Positions 48,397 through 58,298 of a stretch of DNA of 64,000 nt are shown here, piece by piece. This DNA is from an archaeon (GTDB lineage Archaea; Asgardarchaeota; Thorarchaeia; Thorarchaeales; Thorarchaeaceae). Location of the stretch: NCBI GenBank assembly GCA_024276825.1, contig JAJRWI010000077.1, forward strand, positions 14,502-78,501. The letters run 5' to 3'. A model generated the notes under the pieces. That model did not search any database and was not told the DNA's origin. It saw only the letters and a list, made by a program, of their open reading frames with translations. Numbering within the stretch: position 1 is the first letter of the stretch; every line of letters begins with the position of its first letter. Both the position numbers and the translations under genes were made by a program.

Positions 48397-49692
48397 ATGT
48401 CAGACATAGAAAGCCCAGAATTCATTCGATTGATCTTTAGTACGCTCAAAGGTAGGATCAAATGTGTGGAAGTGGACTCTGCTGAGATTGAATCAATTGC
48501 CAGAATTGGCTACTCGTTTGATGGATCATCAGTTCCCGGGTATGCCAAGGTCAATGACAGTGATCTAATCTTGCGTCCTGTTCCATCAGCACCCATTATT
48601 CAAGGATGGGACACGAGCACAGCAATACTACTGTGTTCTGTCTATGAAATTAATGGCAAGCCACACGATAATGATCCAAGAAACATCTTGACAAGAATGA
48701 CCAAGCAAGCTGAGGAAAAGGGCATTCGTTTGAAAGTGGGCGCAGAGTTGGAGTTTTTCATGTTGAAAGCAAATGGTGATAATACCTTCTCTCCCGCTGA
48801 CATGGGCGGCTATTATGATATGATGCCATTGGACAGGGGTGCCAAGGTCAGAAGAGAAATAATTCATCATCTGAAGAATCTTGGAATTGGTGTAGTTGCC
48901 CATCATCATGAAGTTGCTAATGGTCAACATGAGATATGCATCCGATATGATGACGCCCAAACGGTAGCTGACTCCATAATGCTGGCACGGATTGTGATAA
49001 CAGAGGTCGTCAGTCAATATGGAATGCAAGCAACATTCATGCCAAAGCCCTTTGCATATTGCAATGGGAGTGGACTGCATTTGCATCAGAGTCTCTGGTC
49101 AGTTGATTCTGGAACAAATCTGTTTGCAAGTGATGCAAGTGGTGAGGTTTCGCAGCTGGCTCGACACTATATCGCTGGGGTTCTTGAACATGCAAGAGCC
49201 CTCACTGCTGTCGTCGCATCAACAGTCAATTCGTACAAGCGGTTGACACCGGGCTTTGAGGCTCCCACAAAGATTGCATGGGGACGACGGAATAGAAGTG
49301 TGATGGTCAGAGTTCCTCACTTTTCCACAAACTCTTCAGCAAGAATTGAGATCAGATGTCCTGATCCTCTATGCAGTCCTCACTTGGCAATGGCTGCAAT
49401 TCTTGCTGCGGGTCTCGATGGAATTGATAGGGCCCTTGAACCACCTGATGAACTGAGCGAGAACTTGTTTGAATCAGGGTTAGAAATAGCCTCACTTCCT
49501 GAAAACCTTGCAGTAGCAATTAGCGAGCTGAGCAGTGATAATGTCTTGAAAGAAGCGATTGGAGAAGCCACGGTGAAAAAAATAGTGGCACTTAGCCAAA
49601 AAGATTGGAACGATTACTTGGAAAGCGTTGGCGAACATGTGATATCAGAGATATCCCAATGGGAGATTGCCAAATATTGCAGTCAACCCTAA
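48397..49692 (+). CDS. glnA: Glutamine synthetase family protein.
   Basis: Motifs GAELEFF, HHHEVANGQHEI, CNGSGLHLHQS and NSYKRL. The ORF tracker starts at GTG 48385. The first ATG is at 48397. Confidence 0.8.
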   Translation: MSDIESPEFIRLIFSTLKGRIKCVEVDSAEIESIARIGYSFDGSSVPGYAKVNDSDLILRPVPSAPIIQGWDTSTAILLCSVYEINGKPHDNDPRNILTRMTKQAEEKGIRLKVGAELEFFMLKANGDNTFSPADMGGYYDMMPLDRGAKVRREIIHHLKNLGIGVVAHHHEVANGQHEICIRYDDAQTVADSIMLARIVITEVVSQYGMQATFMPKPFAYCNGSGLHLHQSLWSVDSGTNLFASDASGEVSQLARHYIAGVLEHARALTAVVASTVNSYKRLTPGFEAPTKIAWGRRNRSVMVRVPHFSTNSSARIEIRCPDPLCSPHLAMAAILAAGLDGIDRALEPPDELSENLFESGLEIASLPENLAVAISELSSDNVLKEAIGEATVKKIVALSQKDWNDYLESVGEHVISEISQWEIAKYCSQP

Positions 49693-49756
49693 CTATTTCA
49701 TAAGCCTCAATAAGCATCGACCTATAGAGTGCGGCACGATAGAATGAGGTTTCACA

Positions 49757-50206
49757 ATGGCCGATGAACATGAATATACTCTAAAATGCTGCTATTTGCA
49801 GGATCGAGTGGTTGAAATCAAGGTTGAAGGTGTAAAATCACTCAAGATTGCAACTCCTGAGGATTTTTGGCCTGAGAGCCCAAGTGGTGTTTTGTCGCCT
49901 GAAGACTTACTGGTAGCATCCGTTGCTTCCTGCTATGGTGTGTCGCTCACAGGAGCGGCATTGCGATTCCATGCCAAGATCACCGATTTTGAACTTGATG
50001 CGAAAGGTAGACTAATGCAGGGTAAATTTGGTTGGGAGTTCGAACGAATCGACATTGAGGCAAAGATTATCGTTCCTACTGAGAAGGACAAGAAGAAGGT
50101 CTCTAAAGCTGCTGAGAGGGCCCATACCTATTGTGTAATTTCAAACTCTCTCAAGTGTCCAGTGGGTCTCAATTATGAGATTGAAGTACAAAAAGACCCA
50201 CAATGA
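49757..50206 (+). CDS. OsmC/Ohr-family protein.
   Basis: 149 aa. The paired Cys context LLVASVASCYG...AHTYCVISNS is typical of OsmC. Confidence 0.7.
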   Translation: MADEHEYTLKCCYLQDRVVEIKVEGVKSLKIATPEDFWPESPSGVLSPEDLLVASVASCYGVSLTGAALRFHAKITDFELDAKGRLMQGKFGWEFERIDIEAKIIVPTEKDKKKVSKAAERAHTYCVISNSLKCPVGLNYEIEVQKDPQ

Positions 50207-50208
50207 CC

Positions 50209-50625
50209 TCAGTCAGACACGAGTTGTGGTAGGGGGACCTCAATATTGAAAGTGGTACCGCAATCGCAGGTGAGTTTTGCAGACCAGCGCTTTGGCATTG
50301 TCACATTGAACTCTGCTATATAATCATTAATGCATGACCTAATGCCCTTGATGAGATTCACATAGACTTCAGCAAGGGTCTTAACCTCTGCTACGAAATC
50401 CAAGTCGGTATGAAAGTATTGATTGACCTGCTGACAATCGGGACACTTGGCAAGAATGAGATGCGTGGCATTTCCGCAATTTGGACATGTGACCATTTCT
50501 TGAACAATATCCGGTGCTGTGGGAGGGTCAAACTCAAGACTCATTGAATGTCCACATGCACAACAATAATGTTGAATGGTCACCTTATTCATATGTTTCA
50601 CCAATGAACCTGTGATGCTTTCCAT
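50209..50625 (-). CDS. Zn-ribbon protein with four C-x2-C pairs.
   Basis: CCACGH, CPNCG, CPDCQ, CDCG. Confidence 0.45.
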   Translation of the reverse strand: MESITGSLVKHMNKVTIQHYCCACGHSMSLEFDPPTAPDIVQEMVTCPNCGNATHLILAKCPDCQQVNQYFHTDLDFVAEVKTLAEVYVNLIKGIRSCINDYIAEFNVTMPKRWSAKLTCDCGTTFNIEVPLPQLVSD

Positions 50626-50786
50626 TCAAAAATCTTTGTTAATCTAAATCTCTCAACTCAGAATGACTTATTCTTAATAATTTGTAGCATCATTCATTCT
50701 TGTTCATACAATGCATCATTCTCAATCAGTAATTCTTATTGGATAATTTAAAAATCAATAATCAGAATATGTAAACGGCGAGGAAC

Positions 50787-51665
50787 TTGACCGAAAGACT
50801 TGGACATCTTGATATTGTATTTGTGATTGATAATACAGGTAGTATGGGACCCTACATCGAGCAAGTAAAGCTCAGAGTTCTGGAAATAATTCGAACAATC
50901 CAAAAGGAAGAACTTGTGCATAACCTTCGAGTAGGTCTTGTTTCATATAGGGACCATCCCCCTGAAGAAACCACCTTTGTAACAAAGAAATACGAACTGT
51001 CAAGCGACATAGGCAGGATTGAAGAGAATGTTCGACAGATGAATGCTTCTGGCGGTGGCGATGGTCCCGAAGCAGTTGCAGATGGACTGCATGTTGCCAA
51101 TCGAATGGAGTTTCTTAATGAGTCTGCAAAGATAATCATCCTAATCGGTGATGCTCCGCCTCACGGTGTTGAACCATCAAGTGATAATTTCCCTGATGGA
51201 TGCCCTGATGGACATGATTGGAAGACAGAAGCAGAGCATGCATATGATAAGGGAATAGTCATTCATACTGTTGGTTGCCTTCCAGAGATTGAGAGTTACG
51301 AAAATGCTGTGACTACATTCAAGACAATCGCAGATATAACCAAAGGTCGTTATTTCGCGTTGGCTGATGCGGGGCAGCTCATTAGTCTAATAACTGGGAT
51401 TGCGATTGAAGAAGTTGATAAGGTTGCCATCCAACAACAGATCCTTAAAGAACTCGGTGTTACAGTTGAAGAGCTGGACTTTGGCAGTATTACTCCAGAA
51501 CAGATGATGAGTATAACCTCACGACTTCGAAGCAAAGGTGTTAAACGACGAGCGGTTGATGCAGCGCCTTCAATAGACAAACCTGTTGAAATGGAAGAAA
51601 CTGACATTGAGATTGAGGATGTCAAGGAGGCAATTCGTCAACTGAAGACGAAGTCTAGAGACTGA
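50787..51665 (+). CDS. von Willebrand factor type A (vWA) domain protein.
   Basis: LDIVFVIDNTGSMG has a MIDAS DxTGS motif. TTG start. Confidence 0.75.
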   Translation: MTERLGHLDIVFVIDNTGSMGPYIEQVKLRVLEIIRTIQKEELVHNLRVGLVSYRDHPPEETTFVTKKYELSSDIGRIEENVRQMNASGGGDGPEAVADGLHVANRMEFLNESAKIIILIGDAPPHGVEPSSDNFPDGCPDGHDWKTEAEHAYDKGIVIHTVGCLPEIESYENAVTTFKTIADITKGRYFALADAGQLISLITGIAIEEVDKVAIQQQILKELGVTVEELDFGSITPEQMMSITSRLRSKGVKRRAVDAAPSIDKPVEMEETDIEIEDVKEAIRQLKTKSRD

Positions 51666-51666
51666 T

Positions 51667-52197
51667 TCACTCAATCACTCGGAGTTCATTTGGATAGCGC
51701 CAAGTGATCTCGATGTACCAATCAAGGTATTTACTGATTGCAACTCTGGCAGGATCATCTTTTGCAAAATCACGCATCAGCTTTGCAGGAACTCCAGCAT
51801 AGATTTTATACGGCTCAGTCTTGGTGCTCGGATGGAGAAGCGCTGCATTAGCAATCAGCGCTCCCTCCGCAACCACAGAGCCCACCATCAGGACTGCTCC
51901 CATTCCAATCCCAACATTGTCCTCAATAAGCCTTGAATGAATTGAGGCATTGTGACCGATATTCACACGGTTCCCAATCCTTGTGACAAATTTGTCATCG
52001 GAATGAATCACCGCTCCATCCTGCACATTGGTTTCATCACCAATCTCAATCCTCCCTCTGTCTCCACGGATTGATGCCATTGGGGCCACAAACACCCTGG
52101 CCCCTATCTTGACATCACCAATCACACTAGCCTGCGGGTGGATGTACGCAGTCTTGTCAATCTCCGGTACTAGATCTCCCAATGCATATACAGTCAT
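51667..52197 (-). CDS. Gamma-carbonic-anhydrase-like / left-handed beta-helix hexapeptide protein.
   Basis: Hexapeptide repeats and the gamma-CA-like N-terminus (...IHPQASVIGDVKIGARVFVAPMASIRGD). Confidence 0.75.
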   Translation of the reverse strand: MTVYALGDLVPEIDKTAYIHPQASVIGDVKIGARVFVAPMASIRGDRGRIEIGDETNVQDGAVIHSDDKFVTRIGNRVNIGHNASIHSRLIEDNVGIGMGAVLMVGSVVAEGALIANAALLHPSTKTEPYKIYAGVPAKLMRDFAKDDPARVAISKYLDWYIEITWRYPNELRVIE

Positions 52198-52201
52198 CAG
52201 A

Positions 52202-53014
52202 TCACCTCTTTCTCAGTACTCCAATGAATATACTATCGTTCTTAATCACTTCTATGAGCTTCCAATCAGCTCTCTCAGCTATCTCCCTCATCTCTTCAGG
52301 AGTGCTCATCAGCAGTTCGAACCAGTCACCCACCATGTCGTGATATCGCAGTCGTATCTTGACCAAGCCTGGCGGAAGCCCCCTATCGCGGTTCATCTGA
52401 TGATAGTCCAAATGGGCCTTCTCATCCGTCTGCAGTGGGTTTCTGGTTTCTGCGAGTATGACTGCATCACTGGTTGTGACTTCATAAAGTCGTTGAAGCA
52501 TCTTGACAACATGGTCCGGATGGCCTAGGATCCCAAAATTATTACCAAACAGGATTACTGTTTGAAAGCTGGCCTTAGGAAAATTAATTGCATCTGCAGA
52601 CATCAGTCTTACATCACTGACTCCGCTTCTTCGGCAGGTTTCAATGGCAGTTGGAGAGATGTCAATCCCAGTCACCTCGAAGCCGTGCTCTTGCAGATAT
52701 AAGCAGACTCTGCCAGCTCCGCATCCGATGTCTAGTACTCTCCCCCTTACATATTTCATGGCATGTTGCTCTATTTCAAGCCAGTCTTCAAATCTGGCTA
52801 CATATTGTTTACCATCAGTTTCATTGATGTAGCCATCATCACGCTCTATTACATGATTTGCAGCTAGTCCTTCTGTGGCATCCTTGATTATCTCACCAAA
52901 TATGTCGGGCATAGATGAGCACTGTATGACCCCAACAAAAACCATTCGATTTATTAGAAACTGATTATACTGAATGAATGAGGGTTTATTGTGAACGAAA
53001 ATGCCGCACCACAA
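52202..53014 (-). CDS. Class I SAM-dependent methyltransferase.
   Basis: Motif [11 protein letters not shown]. An acidic residue follows at GIDIS. Confidence 0.75.
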   Translation of the reverse strand: MWCGIFVHNKPSFIQYNQFLINRMVFVGVIQCSSMPDIFGEIIKDATEGLAANHVIERDDGYINETDGKQYVARFEDWLEIEQHAMKYVRGRVLDIGCGAGRVCLYLQEHGFEVTGIDISPTAIETCRRSGVSDVRLMSADAINFPKASFQTVILFGNNFGILGHPDHVVKMLQRLYEVTTSDAVILAETRNPLQTDEKAHLDYHQMNRDRGLPPGLVKIRLRYHDMVGDWFELLMSTPEEMREIAERADWKLIEVIKNDSIFIGVLRKR

Positions 53015-53704
53015 TATGACTTTCGTATGATTGCCTATGGGGGCAATAAGCAGACGGTCCGTGAAAAGTTTGAACTTTACTTGGGAATCTCTAATGATAC
53101 AGAGTTCTATCAGACTTGGATAAGTGTTGCTATGATGAGAAGACTCGGGTTCCTCTTTGAGGGCGGCGTTGAGAGTGCAATGGGTGTCTTTGAGATTGTC
53201 TGCATGTTTGCAATTCTTGTTCTATTTATTGCAATATTTGTGTTCTGGCAGATAGTCATCTTTTTCATCGTGCTCGTTGTTCTCGCCATCTTTAGCGGGG
53301 GTGCTTCTCTAAAATATACTAAAGCAACATTCTATGGAGCATATGTGAACAACATAGATTCTACAAATCTCGAAGCACTTGTCAAAGACTTGATTCAAAC
53401 TGGTTGTTTTGTGTTTATAGACTCGAAGTCGTTTAAGACCAAGTTTAGCCCAATTACAAAGAAAGCCACGCGAAATGCATCGCTGTTTAGAACAGGAATC
53501 TCACTTGCATTGTTTACTGCTACAGCGTTTTTGATAGTCGAAGTTGCATATAGACTGGTCTATGGGTCTTGGTCATACAATGTTCTACCACTCCTAGTGT
53601 TTGGTATTCTGTTTCTAATAAGTATTGTAATACTTGATACTGGAGTGGCATTGAACTACAGGCTCCAAAAGTCCTTCGACGAGTCAACAAATGAAGCCAG
53701 TTAG
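52991..53704 (+). CDS. Hypothetical membrane protein (4-5 TM).
   Basis: Hydrophobic helices. GTG start. Confidence 0.4.
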   Translation: MNENAAPQYDFRMIAYGGNKQTVREKFELYLGISNDTEFYQTWISVAMMRRLGFLFEGGVESAMGVFEIVCMFAILVLFIAIFVFWQIVIFFIVLVVLAIFSGGASLKYTKATFYGAYVNNIDSTNLEALVKDLIQTGCFVFIDSKSFKTKFSPITKKATRNASLFRTGISLALFTATAFLIVEVAYRLVYGSWSYNVLPLLVFGILFLISIVILDTGVALNYRLQKSFDESTNEAS

Positions 53705-54966
53705 ATCACATCGAACACAATCGCCCAGAACTCCCGCTCGGAAACCCCAGTGCGGAGTTCTTTCAACTTTTTCTTTATCTCATCGAATGAGTCAAGTGAC
53801 TGTTGTTTCTTCAGCTCCTCATGAGTTTTTTTCACACGTTCAGTGATTTCCCTCACCTGCTCAGGTGTTGCCCTGATTCCTCCCATCTTAAGTAGGTACT
53901 CTACAAAGTGCCTTCCCACGAATTTGCCTAAGTGAAATGATCTCTTTCTCCCAACCCTCAGAGGACTAATGGGCTCATATGTCATGGAGTGAGTCAGTTG
54001 GCCATGAGAGTGAATGCCACTCGAATGAGTGAATGCATTGTCGCCTGTGATTGCCTTATGCAGGGGAATAGGAACCACAAAGTGCCTTTCAACTAGAGTT
54101 GCCAGCTTGTATATCATTTCGGTTTCAATTCCGGTGTCAATATGATAGAGCTCTTCAAGTGCCATCACCACTTCTTCAAAAGCAGCATTTCCTGCTCTCT
54201 CACCGTAAGCATTCACACAGACATGAGGATAAGTAACACCCTCTTCGACTGCAGCAAGCGTGTTTGCTGTGGCAAGGCCAAAGTCATCATGGCAATGAAC
54301 AGCCATTGGGATCTTGTATTTACTCTCTGTCCATAATCTATTCTTGATCTCACGAATGATGTACCTCATCACTTCTGGTCTGGCAAACCCAACTGTGTCT
54401 GCAATACAAATTTTATCTGCCCCCGCATCAATTGCAGTCCTATATGCCTGACATAGAAAGTCCATGTCACTACGAGTTGAGTCTTCAGCAATGTAGTCAA
54501 TGATTAACCCATGGTCTTTTCCAAACTCAATGCACTCTTGCAAGCGGTCTAGCACTTGTTCGCGGCTCATCTGCAACTGATACTTAAGCCTGAAGTCTGA
54601 AGTTGCAATGAATATGGGCACCTCTTCAACATCTGCTTGGATACATGCCTCAATATCCGATATCACTGCTCTTGCAGGGGCTGCGACCTTGGCATTTGAG
54701 AGCCCCTCTCGTGCAATTGTTGCGACCGCTCTCCTCTCCTCCTGACTGACAGCAGGGAAGCCCACTGCGATGATTGCAGTGCCAATCTCGTCCAGCATCT
54801 TGGCTATCTCAATCTTCTCGTCAACAGTTAAAGCAACACCTGGCGTCTGTTCTCCATCCCTGAGGGTTTCATCCCAGATGAACACCTTCCCGGGAAGATC
54901 TTTCGAGAGTGTAGCCTTCCTCTTGTTATAGTTCACTGCAAGTCCAGCGCGTTCTAGGGCTTCCAT
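53701..54966 (-). CDS. 2-isopropylmalate / homocitrate / citramalate synthase family enzyme, the short form lacking the LeuA C-terminal regulatory domain.
   Basis: Motifs LRDGEQ and HCHDDFGLATANTLAAVEEG. 421 aa. Confidence 0.8.
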   Translation of the reverse strand: MEALERAGLAVNYNKRKATLSKDLPGKVFIWDETLRDGEQTPGVALTVDEKIEIAKMLDEIGTAIIAVGFPAVSQEERRAVATIAREGLSNAKVAAPARAVISDIEACIQADVEEVPIFIATSDFRLKYQLQMSREQVLDRLQECIEFGKDHGLIIDYIAEDSTRSDMDFLCQAYRTAIDAGADKICIADTVGFARPEVMRYIIREIKNRLWTESKYKIPMAVHCHDDFGLATANTLAAVEEGVTYPHVCVNAYGERAGNAAFEEVVMALEELYHIDTGIETEMIYKLATLVERHFVVPIPLHKAITGDNAFTHSSGIHSHGQLTHSMTYEPISPLRVGRKRSFHLGKFVGRHFVEYLLKMGGIRATPEQVREITERVKKTHEELKKQQSLDSFDEIKKKLKELRTGVSEREFWAIVFDVI

Positions 54967-54999
54967 TGCTATCAGCCTTTATTGGCATTGTCTTTGTTA

Positions 55000-55548
55000 T
55001 CACTCGAAACGATATAACCCATACTCTTTGACACTTTTTAGCTGTTCATCAAGATAGGCAACCTGTGCATCAAATTCTTCTTTGGACATCCTTCCCTGAT
55101 CAAGTGCACGCTTCGCCTTGGTCTTTTTGTACTCAAGACCTGCTCTTTTGACATAACCCAGGCGAAGCGAGTTTTCCACGATTGCCTTTGTACGGGTCCT
55201 TTCTGCAATCCCCTCAAGCATGGGCCCCCAACAGATCTTCTCAATGTGGAATGAATACTCGAGTCCACGTTCGAGAATTCTGTCCCAGAGTGGGCAAGAC
55301 TTGATCAATATCTCCTTGCCACTCTGCTCTGCCTTGAGTCCTAGTGCATTGAATATCTGCACTGCAATCTCCGCTGCCTTTTCGGGACCGGAGCCTCCTA
55401 ATCGTTCAGCGGTTTCTGCACCAAGCTGCCTGAAACCTCCCGCGTACCCCTCATACATTGAGAGGGCGCCAACGCTGTCCCTTAATCCCCACCACAGTCC
55501 ATCGATGAATGCAACAAAGCCCTTTCTTAGAATCTCCAGTTCACTCAT
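55000..55548 (-). CDS. Hypothetical protein, possibly V4R-like. Translationally coupled to the nitroreductase gene.
   Basis: ATGA overlap with the upstream gene's stop. The true start is ATG at 55548, not the longest-ORF start at 55584. Confidence 0.4.
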   Translation of the reverse strand: MSELEILRKGFVAFIDGLWWGLRDSVGALSMYEGYAGGFRQLGAETAERLGGSGPEKAAEIAVQIFNALGLKAEQSGKEILIKSCPLWDRILERGLEYSFHIEKICWGPMLEGIAERTRTKAIVENSLRLGYVKRAGLEYKKTKAKRALDQGRMSKEEFDAQVAYLDEQLKSVKEYGLYRFE

Positions 55549-56297
55549 TTCCTGACCCCCTTTGGCTTGTATGGGTTTCCCCATTTATTGACAAATGCGA
55601 TCTCCTCTGGCGGTTGTCTTGGTGGTCCCAAGGTTCGTTCGTATTTTGGATACCCAATCGTAAGACACAAGATTGGCACCCAATGGGGATATGGGATTCC
55701 AAGCCTTTCTGAGATGGCTCCCACATCATCAAAATGATCCAGTTGCACCGAAGACACACAGCTACCCAGACCGAGAGAAGCAGCAGCTAAGGCCATGTTT
55801 TGCATCATCATGGAACCAGCTATTACGGCGTGTCTTGGACTTGACCAGCCATAGACTCCTCCCGTTCCTCTCAATGTGGCTTGTGAATTGCCCACATGAG
55901 TCTGATCAACTGCAAGTACCAACAGAACCGGCGCACCAAAGGTTTCCTTCTTGCCCTTGATGTATTCGAATCGCCTGCCAGTGATCAATATCTCGATTGT
56001 CCTTTCAAGACTGACCTTTGACTTGATGTAACTCAGTCTTCGCTCCAGCTCCTGCCTTGGAGTGGCCCTGCCGAATAACTGTATGGTCCGATCGACTGCA
56101 ATCTGACCTATGAACTCCTGAAGTTCCTTGTCGCGGACAATGATTATTCTCCATGGCTGTTGGTTCTCAGCACTGGGTGCGTAGGTCCCAGCCTCAATGA
56201 TTTTGTACAAAACCTCATCAGGGACATTTTTCTCTGTGTCATAGTCCCTAATGGCCCTTCGTGCTTTAATCGTCTTGATGGTTTCATTATCTTCCAA
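55545..56297 (-). CDS. Nitroreductase-family protein.
   Basis: ARRAIRDY...LYKIIEAGTYAPSAENQQPWRIIIV. Confidence 0.8.
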   Translation of the reverse strand: MEDNETIKTIKARRAIRDYDTEKNVPDEVLYKIIEAGTYAPSAENQQPWRIIIVRDKELQEFIGQIAVDRTIQLFGRATPRQELERRLSYIKSKVSLERTIEILITGRRFEYIKGKKETFGAPVLLVLAVDQTHVGNSQATLRGTGGVYGWSSPRHAVIAGSMMMQNMALAAASLGLGSCVSSVQLDHFDDVGAISERLGIPYPHWVPILCLTIGYPKYERTLGPPRQPPEEIAFVNKWGNPYKPKGVRK

Positions 56298-56434
56298 AGT
56301 GAAGTCTCTCCATCTTTGATGATGACTTGACTGAATAATTCCTACTTAAGTAGATAACCGCTGCATGTCCAAGTGATTTTCTGGGCCGAATGAATTTCAC
56401 TGGCCAACAAAATCTAAAAAATAGAATGGAGTGC

Positions 56435-56451
56435 ATCGGGACTTGCCCGAT
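56435..56451 (-). terminator. Hairpin ATCGGG-acttg-CCCGAT. On the minus strand it is followed by T6 (~56416-56421), just downstream of the acyl-CoA dehydrogenase stop.
   Basis: Read directly. Confidence 0.4.
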
Positions 56452-56465
56452 ACACAACATCTAAT

Positions 56466-57677
56466 CTATATCATTGGGCCATCGCGGCCTTCATACTTGA
56501 CATGAAAACCAGTGTTTAGATTCACACTCTCTCGCAGAATGCTCTTACTCGCCACCAGGCGCTGAATCTGGTTGGTGCCCTCGTAGATCTGTGTGAGTTT
56601 TGCATCACGCATGAGCTTTTCAACAGGGTACTCTGTAAGATACCCATAGCCGCCCATGATCTGGACAGCATCAACTGCATTCTGCATAGCAGCGTCAGAT
56701 GCAAAGAACTTGGCAAATGCGGAGTCTTTCGAAACGGGCATTCCATGGTCAGCGCGCCATGCAGCATATCGAGTCAGGAGTCTTGCAGCGGATGCCCTTG
56801 CAGCCATATCTGCCAGCATGAAACCAATTCCCTGAAAGTTGCCAATCGGCTGTCCAAACTGATGACGGATATTGGCAAACTTGGCAGCCTCATCAACCGC
56901 ACGCTGTGCAACTCCAGTTGCAATAGCAGCAATGCCTGCACGAGTCTTGTCAAGTGTCATCATAGCAATCTTAAACCCTTCTCCTTCCTTGCCAACAAGA
57001 CATTCTTTTGGCACTCTGACATCCTCGAAGATCACTTCACTCTGGACCGAGTTGTTCTGCCCCATCTTGTTCTCAATGTGCCCAATCTTGACATTTTTGC
57101 TCTTAGGCACCATGAAGCAAGAGAGGCCCTTATGTTTCAACTCGGGTTGAGTAGAGGCAAATACAGTGAATAGCGATGCCTGGGGTCCATTTGTGATGAA
57201 ACACTTGACTCCATTGATGATATACTCATCACCATCGCGAACTGCGCGTGTTGCCATGCCTGCAACGTCAGAACCTGCCTTACGCTCCGTCAGACAGAAT
57301 GCCCCGAACTTGGGCTCCTTGCCTGTGATTAACGGTTCCACGTATGTCTTCAATTGTTCAATAGTGGCTCCAATCACTAGGGGCGCAAAAGCAAGGTTGT
57401 TGCACATAATCGATGTTGCAATTCCTGCACACCCATAGCCTGTGGCTTCGGACACAAGGGTTTCAGAGAGTAATGACATGCCGGGTCCTCCAGCCTCAGG
57501 CGGGATGTGCAGGTTCATTAAGCCTGCCTCATAGGCCTTTTGAACAACTTCTTTGGGGAATTCATTACGTTTCTCAAGTTCAATGGCACGAGGCGTTATG
57601 TGCTCGCGAGTGAACTCGACAGCCTTCTCCCAGAGTTTCTGTTCCTGTTCTGATAATGCAAAATCCATATTGTCCAC
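56466..57677 (-). CDS. Acyl-CoA dehydrogenase.
   Basis: ACAD motifs (CLTERKAGSD, FITNG, GGYGYLTEYPVEKLMRDAKLTQIYEGTNQIQR). Confidence 0.85.
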   Translation of the reverse strand: MDNMDFALSEQEQKLWEKAVEFTREHITPRAIELEKRNEFPKEVVQKAYEAGLMNLHIPPEAGGPGMSLLSETLVSEATGYGCAGIATSIMCNNLAFAPLVIGATIEQLKTYVEPLITGKEPKFGAFCLTERKAGSDVAGMATRAVRDGDEYIINGVKCFITNGPQASLFTVFASTQPELKHKGLSCFMVPKSKNVKIGHIENKMGQNNSVQSEVIFEDVRVPKECLVGKEGEGFKIAMMTLDKTRAGIAAIATGVAQRAVDEAAKFANIRHQFGQPIGNFQGIGFMLADMAARASAARLLTRYAAWRADHGMPVSKDSAFAKFFASDAAMQNAVDAVQIMGGYGYLTEYPVEKLMRDAKLTQIYEGTNQIQRLVASKSILRESVNLNTGFHVKYEGRDGPMI

Positions 57678-57772
57678 AGGGTCTTGAAAACTCTATTCCT
57701 CTTTAAATGCCTTTCATATTGTCAGAATTTGTTGAAACTCTTAGATTTCAATCGAAGATAAAATCGCCACGA

Positions 57773-58135
57773 TCATGTGTTCTTAAACTCCTTAACTCTT
57801 GTTCCAACCAACACCCCAATCAGACCACTGACAGCACCTATAAATGTGAGAACCGATATTAGAAAGACAGGTAGGGGCCATCCTGATGGACCAAGCCACA
57901 CGCCTTCAATAAGCACCCTTATGCTTGGTGTTAAGAAAAAAAGGCTATATACCTTGGTTTCTGGAATAAGCACCTCTTCAAACTCCATAATAAAGAATGG
58001 ATACATAAGACCAATCTGAAACACACCTGCAAGAATGCCCAGCACTGCACCAATTGCAAGAGATAAAGTCACTTCTATTCTTGAGTTTCTTATCTTGCCA
58101 GCTATTACATACCCTATTAAGAGTGGTAGTATCAT
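57773..58135 (-). CDS. Small membrane protein (3-4 TM).
   Basis: Hydrophobic. Confidence 0.4.
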   Translation of the reverse strand: MILPLLIGYVIAGKIRNSRIEVTLSLAIGAVLGILAGVFQIGLMYPFFIMEFEEVLIPETKVYSLFFLTPSIRVLIEGVWLGPSGWPLPVFLISVLTFIGAVSGLIGVLVGTRVKEFKNT

Positions 58136-58298
58136 CTTCTCGCCGTTATTTAATTACAAAGGCAGATTAATAACCTATTTACTTCTGCATTGCAAAAATG
58201 CTTATTAATTCAACCATATCTCAATATAAATCTTAATGCACTATTCACGCAGTAGATTTTTAACGTGTATCTTTTCTTCCCGGACCATCATAAACAGC

